A stretch of 64,000 bases of DNA from Chloroflexota bacterium (GTDB lineage Bacteria; Chloroflexota; Dehalococcoidia; Lucifugimonadales; JADFKI01), in assembly GCA_027623195.1 (NCBI GenBank), contig JAQBUT010000006.1, positions 32,001 through 96,000 of the forward strand. The letters are read 5' to 3'. Each line of letters starts with the position of its first letter. Within the stretch, counting starts at the first letter, position 1. Both the position numbers and the translations under genes were made by a program. A model generated the notes under the pieces. The model ran no database searches. It saw only the letters and a program-made list of their open reading frames with translations, and was not told the DNA's origin. Of the stretch, positions 29,770 through 38,355 are shown one piece after another.

Positions 29770-30365
29770 ATGTATTTGATGCGGAGAATCTTAGGTGGTT
29801 CGAATCGCGAAAAACCCAGCGTATGCCCTTACTGCAGCGTTCAGCTAGATGCGCGTCCAACTCGAAGTAAGGTGTGTGCGTCATGTAGTGCAACGATATA
29901 CGCCAGGCGTGGCAACCGTGGTCTTCTCACTGAAGAGCAGTCCCTGAAGCTCGACGAGAGCTCAGAAGGTGACCTGAAGCTGGGAAGTGATCCCAGATGG
30001 CAGAAGCTTAACGCCAACCTAAAGAAGGCAACATCCAGCTCCTACTTGGAACTGATGAAGATGCTTTACTTTCAGATGTCTATTCAGCAGCACGAAGCTG
30101 GTCGAGACAATTATCAGTTTGCTTTGGAGTCGCGAAAGTCATATTTACTTTTGCTCCAGGAGTTAGGACTCGATAGGACGCGGGCTGAGACGAAGACCGT
30201 CAAAGGCGATGCCTGTGGCGAATGCAGACCTTAACAGGGAAGGGCTTCACCATAGAGCAGGCTCTGACATCTGCTCCCTTACCCGTGAAGGTCTGCTCAA
30301 ATATGAAAAATATCGACTCTCCGCTTGGTCTATGTCGTTGTTACTACGCGACAATCAACTTCTAA
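29770..30365 (+). pseudogene. Cys-rich hypothetical gene split by a frameshift near 30230
   Basis: First frame ends ..DACGECRP-stop; the -1 frame continues LTGKGFTIEQAL..PLPVKVC..GLCRCYY..stop at 30365. Confidence 0.6.
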
Positions 30366-30425
30366 TCATTTACGCGCGTAACGCCGAAGAATTCACGTCC
30401 GTTATAAATTAAGGAGGCAATTCAA

Positions 30426-30731
30426 GTGTCGTGGCAATTTTGGAAAACCCAAAACAACGTCGGAATCATACCTGAGCGTATGGCTAGGCAGCTAAGCTGG
30501 CGCTTCAAGCTCAGTGAGGAGACCATGAAAGGGCTCCAACATGCGTCTATGGCAGGGCCAACCAAATCCCTTCTGATCCGAGTGTTTGATCCGAAGTTAC
30601 TGGCAAATGGCTCCCCGGTTATCCAACAGTATGGCGATTTGGATTCACAGCCGTCAGCCATACAGTTCGAATGCAGTTGGAATCCAGGTGGAAGCAAGAT
30701 GGAAAACGTCGTGGATCTCCGTCCCGCTTAA
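30426..30731 (+). CDS. Hypothetical protein (101 aa)
   Basis: RBS AAGGAGG before GTG; no recognised motif. Confidence 0.6.
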   Translation: MSWQFWKTQNNVGIIPERMARQLSWRFKLSEETMKGLQHASMAGPTKSLLIRVFDPKLLANGSPVIQQYGDLDSQPSAIQFECSWNPGGSKMENVVDLRPA

Positions 30732-30764
30732 TACCAGTAGAGTCCACTATCAGGAGTAAAACCC

Positions 30765-30965
30765 ATGTCAGAAACGAGCGGAATTACGGAGTGCATGGTC
30801 TGCGGAGAGCATTCCGACCAGTCCTGCCTGTGGTGTGTCAAACCACTCCATCGTCATAATGGGTATCAGGGCAGCGCCGATCAGGTGGAGTTCACCCAGT
30901 GCTGGACCCGTCATCAGATGGAATGCCTAGACAGCACCGACCAGCTGAAACCTCAGCCTGCCTAA
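30765..30965 (+). CDS. Small Cys/His-rich putative zinc-binding protein
   Basis: RBS AGGAG; CxxC..CxxC..H.H..C..H...C. Confidence 0.6.
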   Translation: MSETSGITECMVCGEHSDQSCLWCVKPLHRHNGYQGSADQVEFTQCWTRHQMECLDSTDQLKPQPA

Positions 30966-30976
30966 GGGGCACGAGC

Positions 30977-31019
30977 GCGAGGAATCTAAAGAAGGCACAT
31001 TGGCCATTAGATTCCTCGC
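30977..31019. terminator. Hairpin between convergent genes
   Basis: GCGAGGAATCTAA / TTAGATTCCTCGC perfect 13-bp stem. Confidence 0.6.
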
Positions 31020-31056
31020 ACGCCTCAAGTCACATTGGGACATAGACGCCGAGTGC

Positions 31057-32394
31057 CTACCGCACACGCTGCACGACGCGGCGGATGGCATCGACTAACT
31101 CGTCGACCTCGGCCTCGGTGGTGAGCGCGCTGAGGGCGCCGTGGCAGGCTGCCTGCAACAACACTCCTTCGTTCAGCAGGCCGGTGAAAACTGCCTTCTG
31201 CATTGTGTGGTCACTGCGCACTACATCTCTATAGTTCACAACCTCGTCGGCGGTGAAGTGCATCCCAAACATGGAGCCGATACCTGTCACCTGCACATCC
31301 ACCTCCAGTTCGTCGAAAACCGCCCGCAGCTTCTGTCGCAGCATCTCCCCCAAGGCGTTCATGCGATCGTATACCTCAGGCGTCAGGTGATTCATCACCA
31401 CTTCGCCCGCCAGCATCGTCATAGGATTGGCATTGAACGTCCCGGCGTGGGCCATGGCATCGCCCTTGGTAGGGTCGAACTGGTCCATGATGTCCCGCCG
31501 ACCTCCGAAGGCCCCCACCGCCATGCCGCCGCCTATTATTTTCCCAAAGGTCGTCATGTCCGGTATAACGCCGAACGCCTCCTGCGCGCCGCCAGGAGCC
31601 AGCCGAAAGCTCTGGACCTCATCGAAGATGAGCACCATGTCCAGTTCTTCGGTTATCTTGCGCATGCCCTGAAGATAGTCCCGCTTGCCGGGCAGGTATC
31701 CAAAGTGAGACACGATGGGTTCCATAATGACGCACCCAATCTCATCCTTGTGCTGGCGCAGAACGCGTTGGCTCGTCTCAAGGTCGTTGAACGGCAGCAC
31801 GAACACGTCCTCCGCGATGCTGGGCGGCTGACCCGCATGCTCGGGGATAGGCGTGGTCTCATTGGGGTCCAGCTTATCGGCGGACGGGTATACGCTGACG
31901 GATACGTACTCATGAGAGCCGTGGTAGCCGCCCTCAATCTTGGCAATTTTATGTCTGCCGGTGAAGGCCCGGGCCGCCCTGATGGCCATCATAGTGCCCT
32001 CAGTGCCCGAATTGGTGAAGCGTATGGTATCGACTGACGGCACCCGGTCGCACAGGATTTTCGCCAACCGAATCTGCGCCTCGGTGGGTCCGCTAAACGC
32101 CGTGCCTTTCGCCGCCTGCTCCTGCAAAACGCGAACAACATCGGGATGCGCATGGCCGAGGACCAGGCTAGTCGCGTTGATCATGAAATCCAGGTAGCGA
32201 TTGCCATCGACATCGTACACGTGCAGACCCTCACCGCGATCGACGAAAGTAGGGTAGGGCGCAAAGAAGGCGGTGCCCCTGGAGCTTCCGCCGGGCAGAT
32301 ACTCCGACGCCTCCTGCTGAAGCCGCTTGGAAGTCGGCGTGCTTGCTATGAACTTTTCGGTTTCGACGCGCAGGCTCTCGGTGGTCATCGGCAA
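31057..32394 (-). CDS. Class III aminotransferase, glutamate-1-semialdehyde aminomutase-like
   Basis: DVDGNRYLDF, RFTNSGTE, GGYHG, LIFDEV, FGKIIGGG, HAGTFNANP. Confidence 0.88.
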   Translation of the reverse strand: MPMTTESLRVETEKFIASTPTSKRLQQEASEYLPGGSSRGTAFFAPYPTFVDRGEGLHVYDVDGNRYLDFMINATSLVLGHAHPDVVRVLQEQAAKGTAFSGPTEAQIRLAKILCDRVPSVDTIRFTNSGTEGTMMAIRAARAFTGRHKIAKIEGGYHGSHEYVSVSVYPSADKLDPNETTPIPEHAGQPPSIAEDVFVLPFNDLETSQRVLRQHKDEIGCVIMEPIVSHFGYLPGKRDYLQGMRKITEELDMVLIFDEVQSFRLAPGGAQEAFGVIPDMTTFGKIIGGGMAVGAFGGRRDIMDQFDPTKGDAMAHAGTFNANPMTMLAGEVVMNHLTPEVYDRMNALGEMLRQKLRAVFDELEVDVQVTGIGSMFGMHFTADEVVNYRDVVRSDHTMQKAVFTGLLNEGVLLQAACHGALSALTTEAEVDELVDAIRRVVQRVR

Positions 32395-32431
32395 ATCCTT
32401 CTTTTTTTCAAAGTCTGGTAGAGCGAGTGGC

Positions 32432-33193
32432 CTAGCCTCGGCCTACGTATGGCATCTGGTTAGCCATGATGGTCATGGTCAGCACGTTGGTGTCCAGTGG
32501 CAAGCCCGCGATGTAGGCTACCGCGTCGGCCACGTGCTGTACGTTGAAGGTGGGTTCGATCATCATCTCGCCATAGGGCTGCATAACGCCCGTACCCATT
32601 TTGGCTGTCATTGGCGTTCCGGCGTTGCCGATATCGATCTGGCTACAGCAGATGTTGTACTTACGACCGTCCAGCGCCGTGCACTTGGTCAGGCCTTCGA
32701 CGCCATGTTTGGTGGCCGTGTACGGTGATGAGTTGGGCCGGGGAGTGTGGGCTGATATAGAGCCGTTATTGATTATTCGACCGCCCATAGGGTCCTGGTT
32801 TTTCATGATACGCATGGCCTGCTGTGTGCACAGAAAGGTGCCGTGCAGGTTAGCGCGGACTACGTTATTCCACTGGTCGAACGTCAGGTCTTCCATGGGT
32901 ATGGCTGGGGCGCCGGAGCCTGCGTTGTTGAACAGCAGGTCCAACCGGCCGCCAAAAGCCTCCAGTGTTTTGCTGAACAGGGTCGCCACCGACTCTGGGT
33001 CTCCCACGTCGGTCGACATAGCCAGCATGCGAGAACCGTCGTCGCCGGCCTCCGTTATCGTCTCCTGTAAAGGCTCCGTACGTCGACCTGCCAACGCAAT
33101 TGAATACCCGGCCTTATACAGAGCCAGCGCGCTGAATTTCCCAACGCCGCTGCCGGCTCCCGTAACAATCGCTACCTTTCCATTTTCTGCCAT
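32432..33193 (-). CDS. SDR family oxidoreductase
   Basis: [25 protein letters not shown]. Confidence 0.92.
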   Translation of the reverse strand: MAENGKVAIVTGAGSGVGKFSALALYKAGYSIALAGRRTEPLQETITEAGDDGSRMLAMSTDVGDPESVATLFSKTLEAFGGRLDLLFNNAGSGAPAIPMEDLTFDQWNNVVRANLHGTFLCTQQAMRIMKNQDPMGGRIINNGSISAHTPRPNSSPYTATKHGVEGLTKCTALDGRKYNICCSQIDIGNAGTPMTAKMGTGVMQPYGEMMIEPTFNVQHVADAVAYIAGLPLDTNVLTMTIMANQMPYVGRG

Positions 33194-33268
33194 TGTTTTG
33201 TCCTTTCCGTATTTTGTAAAAGTCGGAGTTCTCCATGAATGTGCAGTCCGCGCGTCACCAAAAACTAA

Positions 33269-34018
33269 TCAGATAGAGGTGTAGCCGCCGTCGATAACAA
33301 GCTCGCTTCCCGTCATGTAAGACGACTCGTCAGAGGCCAGGAAAAGCACGCCGTTCGCCACGTCAGCGGCCGTACCCATGCGTCCCATGGGTATGTTGGA
33401 CAGGCGGCTGTTGCGGGTCTCTTCGTCCGGAAAAACCAGGCCCAGCATTTCCGTATCGATGGGGCCAGGATGTACCGAATTAACGCGTATACCTTCCTGA
33501 GCGTACTGAATCGCGGTGGTTTTTGTAAGGAGACGCACCGCGCCCTTGGATGCGTTGTAGGCTGTGGAATTCAGGCTGCCGATAATTCCAGCGACGGAGG
33601 AGATGTTGACTATGGAGCCGCCACCGCCTGTTCTCATAGCAGGAATGGCGGCCTTTGTGCCAAGGAACACGCCCTTTGCGTTAACGTCCAGAACGGTATC
33701 CCAACCCTCTTCGGTGGTGTCCTCAACGCGGGCCAGCCTGTAGATGCCTGCGTTGTTGACCAGGATGTCCAGCCTGCCGAACCGTGCGACTACGTCACTC
33801 ACGGCCTTAATCCAGGCTTCCTCCCTGGTAACGTCCAGGGTAACGAAGAGCGCCTCGCCGCCGGATTCAGCAATATCAGATTCGAGCTTCTTGCCTTCCT
33901 CTGCCAGGATATCGGCGATAGCTACCTTTGCGCCTTCTCGGGCGAATAGGCGAGCCTCAACAGCTCCCATGCCCCTGGCTCCGCCGCTGATGAGAGCAAC
34001 CTTACCTTCAAGTCTCAT
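33269..34018 (-). CDS. SDR family oxidoreductase (hydroxysteroid/cyclopentanol dehydrogenase-like)
   Basis: SGGARGMG, NNAG, YNASK, NSVHPG, DGG. Confidence 0.93.
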   Translation of the reverse strand: MRLEGKVALISGGARGMGAVEARLFAREGAKVAIADILAEEGKKLESDIAESGGEALFVTLDVTREEAWIKAVSDVVARFGRLDILVNNAGIYRLARVEDTTEEGWDTVLDVNAKGVFLGTKAAIPAMRTGGGGSIVNISSVAGIIGSLNSTAYNASKGAVRLLTKTTAIQYAQEGIRVNSVHPGPIDTEMLGLVFPDEETRNSRLSNIPMGRMGTAADVANGVLFLASDESSYMTGSELVIDGGYTSI

Positions 34019-34111
34019 ATCGCCAGCCTCATGTCTTTACCCTTAGAAACAGTGGTTCCGGGCTGAATTATACATGAGGTGCGGGACGATTGGCGAACGG
34101 CAGAGGCGTTC

Positions 34112-35524
34112 CTAGACTTGCGAGGCCTTGCAGTCCAACAGGCCGCGTGCGAACTCCACGACGCGATAGACGTCGTCGAAGTTGGAGGCTAGGCCGAGAG
34201 AGATTCGGACGGCCCCGGCGCTCTTGCCACCTATGCGCTCAAGAACGGTCAGGAACTGCTCGAAGGTCATGCGCTCTTTGTTGCTGAAGCCCTCTTCCAT
34301 CTCTTCCTTGGTGAGGCCGTGGGCTATTTCACCGGCGCCGGGGTTGCAGAAGCATCCAGCACGAAGACATATGCGTACATCGCTGGCCAGTTCCTCGATG
34401 CGCCTGTGGTCTATCATCCGTTCATCTGGATCATAGAAGTTGGCGGTAATCGTCCCGCCACGCATGTGGATGTCCGTGGGGCCATACACCCTAACCAGGG
34501 ACAAGCCATTAGAGTGGCGAAGGGCCAGTAGCTGGTCCAGCAGCCAACCGGTGAGGGCTGTAACGCGGTCGGATATGGCGCCTATGCCTACGTTCTCTAG
34601 GTGCTTTAGGCCAATCTCGACGGCGGGCAGGTTCAGGTAATTGATGGTGCCATCCTCAAAGGCCTCTACGCCCTCGGCTAAGTAATGGCTGTCCGCCTGC
34701 ACGGACGCAATGGTGATGGTGCCACCAGCAAACCAGGGGCGATGCAGCTTCTCCAATGCCTCTTTGCGGGCTATTAGACAACCAACACCGGTCGGGTATC
34801 CGAACATCTTGTAGAAAGACAGCGGCACGAAGTCCGGCTTCACCTCGGTCAGGTCCAGGCGATTGGTGGGCACGAAAGCGGCGCAGTCCACCAGCACGTC
34901 CCAGCCCTTAGCATGAGCCTTGTCAACCCAGTCCAGAGGATGCTTAACGCCGGAGAAGTTAGACTGGGCGGGATACGCGAAAAGCTTCGGACCCGAAGCA
35001 GGAACGGCAAGGAACTCGTCGAGGCTGTCCTCATCGACGCGCAGATCGGGCGGCACCACGGGAATGTAGGTGACCTCCGAACCCTTGGCCCGGGCGAACT
35101 CCCGTATGCCGTTAACCGAGTTGTGATTATCGAAGGTCAGCAGGTAGCGTCCACCTGACTCGAATGGATATGCCTCTCCCACCAGCTTCAGCGCACCCGT
35201 GGCGTTGGGCGTGAATATGGCGACGTACTCATCTGCTGGCGCGTTGAAATACTTCAGGACGTATTCGCGGGCGTGCTCCACCAGTCGGGTGGTAGCTATC
35301 GATGATGGGTTAACAGAATGTGGATTGCCAAAGACGCCGTTTCGCAGCATATCCATGTGGTCACGTATCTGCGAGTCGGCGTAAAGGCCCCCGCCCGTGT
35401 AGTCCACGTAGACCATGTCCTGGGCGTCCAGCCTGTCGTATTCGGCCAGGCGTAGCTCGTCCAACGAACGAGTCAGAATGTAGTTGGGATATTTTTCAAG
35501 AAATGTTCGGAGAGAAGTATCCAT
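34112..35524 (-). CDS. Class V PLP enzyme, molybdenum cofactor sulfurase/cysteine desulfurase-like
   Basis: YVDYTG, GNPHS, DNHNSV.GIRE, PAQSNFSG, SFYKMFGYPTG.G, RAGCFCNPG; start ATG 35524 uncertain. Confidence 0.85.
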   Translation of the reverse strand: MDTSLRTFLEKYPNYILTRSLDELRLAEYDRLDAQDMVYVDYTGGGLYADSQIRDHMDMLRNGVFGNPHSVNPSSIATTRLVEHAREYVLKYFNAPADEYVAIFTPNATGALKLVGEAYPFESGGRYLLTFDNHNSVNGIREFARAKGSEVTYIPVVPPDLRVDEDSLDEFLAVPASGPKLFAYPAQSNFSGVKHPLDWVDKAHAKGWDVLVDCAAFVPTNRLDLTEVKPDFVPLSFYKMFGYPTGVGCLIARKEALEKLHRPWFAGGTITIASVQADSHYLAEGVEAFEDGTINYLNLPAVEIGLKHLENVGIGAISDRVTALTGWLLDQLLALRHSNGLSLVRVYGPTDIHMRGGTITANFYDPDERMIDHRRIEELASDVRICLRAGCFCNPGAGEIAHGLTKEEMEEGFSNKERMTFEQFLTVLERIGGKSAGAVRISLGLASNFDDVYRVVEFARGLLDCKASQV

Positions 35525-35704
35525 GCCAGCCAGCCATAACATTGGGATTAAGGGTTGGATTTCGTAACAAACGCAAGACGCCACAGTGTGCGGCAATGTT
35601 CGTGGCAGTGTCAATCGACGATATGCTTCGGATTCCTCGAATTACGGGACCTAGAGTCTTATTGCCTGTCTTTCGACAGGTCCGACGGATGAAGACTCTC
35701 TATG

Positions 35705-35766
35705 GAATCGGAACTCACCGCGAACGTAAGCGCATATACCCGTTCGCCCGAAGCCGGTCGAAGGGC
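35705..35766 (-). repeat. Composite palindromic repeat, copy of the 49893-49956 element in opposite orientation
   Basis: CTCACCGCGAACG..GTTCGCCCGAAGCCGGTCGAAGG matches the reverse complement of 49893-49956 (CTCACCGTGAACG..GTTCGCTCTGAGCCTGTCGAAGG). Confidence 0.65.
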
Positions 35767-35779
35767 AAGTCCAATCGAC

Positions 35780-36634
35780 CTATCCCTGCTTTTGCTTCTT
35801 TAGCGCGGCCAGCACCTCGTTGAGGCTGCCGGAACGGAAGCCCTGCAGGTCCAATGTAACATAGGAGTAGCCAATCTCGGTGAACTTCGCGACCACCCTC
35901 TTGCGAACATCCTCGTCGGATAAGGTCAGGAAGTCCTGTGGCTCGACCTCTATGCGGGCCACCGTGTCATGATGTCGGACCCGAAGCTGCTTTATGCCAA
36001 GGTCGTGCAGGAACGCCTCGGCCTTGGCTATGCGAGTCAGGGCCTCGACGGTGACCATGGTGCCGTAGGGGATGCGAGACGATAAGCAGGCTTGGGCAGG
36101 CTTGTCCCAGGTGGGCAGGTCCATGCCTTTGGACAGCTCACGTATCTCCGCCTTCGTGAGGTCCGCGTCCACCATGGGACTTTGAACCCCGTACTGCTTG
36201 GCGGCGTTGAGGCCGGGCCGGAAATCGCCCAGGTCGTCAACGTTGGTTCCGTTGGTAATGAAGTCGTAGCCCTCTACCTTAGCGAAGCTGGAAAGGTAAG
36301 TGTAAAGCTCGTCCTTGCAGAAGAAGCACCGGTTGGGGTCGTTCTTAGCGTAATCGTCCCGCTCAACCTCGTGCGTCTCAATGATGCGATGGTTCAACCC
36401 AAGGCGCTGGGCAAGCTCCTTCGCTTCGACAAGCTCAGACGGAGCTAGACTTGGCGAGTTAGCAGTGACGGCCAGGGCTTTGTCGCCCAAAACATCGTTG
36501 GCAGTGGCAGCAAGAAAGGCGCTGTCGACACCGCCGGAATACGCGACAATCACGGTGCCCATGTCCTTCAGAATGGACTTCAGGGCCTCCATTTTCTGTT
36601 CAGTGGTTCGGGCTTCCTTGGCTTCGGTAGCCAT
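35780..36634 (-). CDS. larE: ATP-dependent sulfur transferase LarE
   Basis: PP-loop AYSGGVDS, RCFFCK, GTN.DDLGDFRPG, WDKPAQACLSSRIPYG, RVRHH, GFRSGSLN. Confidence 0.93.
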   Translation of the reverse strand: MATEAKEARTTEQKMEALKSILKDMGTVIVAYSGGVDSAFLAATANDVLGDKALAVTANSPSLAPSELVEAKELAQRLGLNHRIIETHEVERDDYAKNDPNRCFFCKDELYTYLSSFAKVEGYDFITNGTNVDDLGDFRPGLNAAKQYGVQSPMVDADLTKAEIRELSKGMDLPTWDKPAQACLSSRIPYGTMVTVEALTRIAKAEAFLHDLGIKQLRVRHHDTVARIEVEPQDFLTLSDEDVRKRVVAKFTEIGYSYVTLDLQGFRSGSLNEVLAALKKQKQG

Positions 36635-36688
36635 ACTTGCCTCCGTGATCTGCCTTGTTTGCCAAAGTTCGCGATGAGGGGGCGTTCT

Positions 36689-36747
36689 ACCCCCTCTCTA
36701 ACTCTCCCCCTTATGAGGGGAGAAAAACAGTTCCCCGACCCGTCGGG
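36689..36747. repeat. C/G-rich palindromic element related to 38178-38266
   Basis: CCCCTCTCTAACTCTCCCC..GGGGAGA followed by a second hairpin CCCCGAC/GTCGGGG. Confidence 0.5.
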
Positions 36748-36767
36748 GCCAGGAAGGAGGTAGGCAT

Positions 36768-37640
36768 TTATTCAGCCATCAACTCTTCCACTATTTTACG
36801 CATCTCATCTGAGTAATACTGGTAAGAGCGGTTCTGGTACTTAAGAACTCGCTGAGACTCCTCTGTATCGTACCAGTCCACCCAGCCCGGCGATTCGCGG
36901 TAGGCCACGTCTTCCATAGGTGCCCCCATGAATCCGTAAAAGTCCCGCACGTAGTCCTCGCCCTTGAGCTGCCAGGTGGGGCCGCCCCCTATGTTGAAAA
37001 TCTTATTGGTCTCCGTTGCGTCTACCGACGCGAACAGGGCATCCACTACGTCGTCACGATGCACCATCTCCACGCGCTGCCCTGCGACAAAGGGCCAGGG
37101 GTTAGGAGGCTCCAGGAACGCCGGGACCGCGATTCCGGCGATCCGCATGGCGATCCACTTCAATGACGACTCCCGCACCGCCTTCTCGCCGACGATCTTG
37201 CTTTCGGCATAGATATCGATCGCGCTCTGGCGATGGTCAGTAGTCACCGGCGGCTCCTCGTCCTGCGTGTTGCCGTAGGTGCTTATGGACGAAGTGAAGA
37301 TTAGCACGGCGTCCGGGGCCACGCTCTCCATCGCCTTTATGATGTTCTCGGTTCCGCCGACATTTACGCCGAAGGTGCGGTCACGGTCACGCTCGCTTGT
37401 GGGAGGTAGCAGAGCGGCCAGATGCACAACAGAACCCACGCCCTTCAGCGCCTGCGTCACCTGGTCGGCATCGGTGATGTCGCCCTTGACTATCTCGATG
37501 CCAGCCCGATCTTCCAGGCCATCAAAGTCCATGAAAGGAAGGTCGAAGATTCGAACTGTCTTCCCTGCGGCCACTAGCTTTTCAACCAGCATCCGGCCAA
37601 CGCTGCCTGCGCCACCGGTAACGAGGATAGGCCCGCTCAC
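36768..37640 (-). CDS. NAD-dependent epimerase/dehydratase family protein
   Basis: VTGGAGSVG, GDITD, HLAA, YAESK. Confidence 0.9.
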   Translation of the reverse strand: MSGPILVTGGAGSVGRMLVEKLVAAGKTVRIFDLPFMDFDGLEDRAGIEIVKGDITDADQVTQALKGVGSVVHLAALLPPTSERDRDRTFGVNVGGTENIIKAMESVAPDAVLIFTSSISTYGNTQDEEPPVTTDHRQSAIDIYAESKIVGEKAVRESSLKWIAMRIAGIAVPAFLEPPNPWPFVAGQRVEMVHRDDVVDALFASVDATETNKIFNIGGGPTWQLKGEDYVRDFYGFMGAPMEDVAYRESPGWVDWYDTEESQRVLKYQNRSYQYYSDEMRKIVEELMAE

Positions 37641-37960
37641 GTTAGGGTAACACCCTTCATGCCAGCCTTCTCGATGACATTCTGGCAGGTCGTTATGAGT
37701 TGCTCAATAGCCGGACCAAACTCGTCCCAGTCTTCTTTGCTCTTAAGCTCAAGAGCGGATGCCGAATCCCGTACTGCAGCCCTGGTAGTGGGTACGCTAG
37801 GCATGGTCTTGAAAAAGAAGGTCCCGCTAATCTCGTCGAACTTTGCTAGGATTTCGTTAATGGAGGCTTCCCAGGCTTCGTTGACTGTTCCAAGGCCATC
37901 CACAATTCTCTCGCAGTTGACTATGGACTCTTCCAGCATTTCCTGTCCAGATTGTGGCAT
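37637..37960 (-). CDS. Hypothetical helical protein (107 aa)
   Basis: RBS AAGGAG; 4-nt overlap with the epimerase gene; upstream TTGACG-17-GACAAT (38024-37996). Confidence 0.7.
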   Translation of the reverse strand: MPQSGQEMLEESIVNCERIVDGLGTVNEAWEASINEILAKFDEISGTFFFKTMPSVPTTRAAVRDSASALELKSKEDWDEFGPAIEQLITTCQNVIEKAGMKGVTLT

Positions 37961-38177
37961 TTTCGTCCACTCCTTACGTGCTAAATATTGCGTCTATTGT
38001 CGGTTGAATCCCAATTCCCGTCAAGTTAGTGTCGGATGACTTGGCCCTTCCTCTACACAGAGCCCATATTGGGATCGGACTCACTTTGACAACCTATTCG
38101 GATTCCTGCGTCATGCCATCGGCGTGTTGGGGTTGCGCTGGGACTATTTCAAATGGCGGGCACTTCCGCCTGCGAAC

Positions 38178-38266
38178 GCTTCACCCTCACCTCATTCCTC
38201 TCCCATCCAGGGAGAGGAGGCTGTCCCTTCCCCCTCGACGGGGGAAGGTTAGAATGAGGGTGAAGC
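38178..38266. repeat. Nested-palindrome miniature element (89 bp)
   Basis: Terminal IR GCTTCACCCTCA/TGAGGGTGAAGC enclosing hairpins CCTCTCCC/GGGAGAGG and CCTTCCCCC/GGGGGAAGG. Confidence 0.75.
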
Positions 38267-38288
38267 ATCCCCGCCTTCAACCTCGTTA

Positions 38289-38325
38289 ATTAAAAAGGGA
38301 CGCACCCCGTAGAGCGCGTCCCTTT
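38289..38325 (-). terminator. Intrinsic terminator of the DUF362 gene
   Basis: AAAGGGACGC / GCGTCCCTTT stem, T-tract on the minus strand. Confidence 0.75.
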
Positions 38326-38355
38326 ATCTGATTTATTCGAGTCTATCCGAAAGAT

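Noticed and set aside
31141..32037. 298-aa antisense ORF (similar ones at 48031-49014, 44995-45690 and 54577-55254)
   Set aside because: Antisense shadows of well-supported GC-rich genes; no motifs
38029..38289. 86-aa ORF ending ..HPHLIPLPSRER..RGKVRMRV
   Set aside because: Translation of the palindromic repeat element, not a gene
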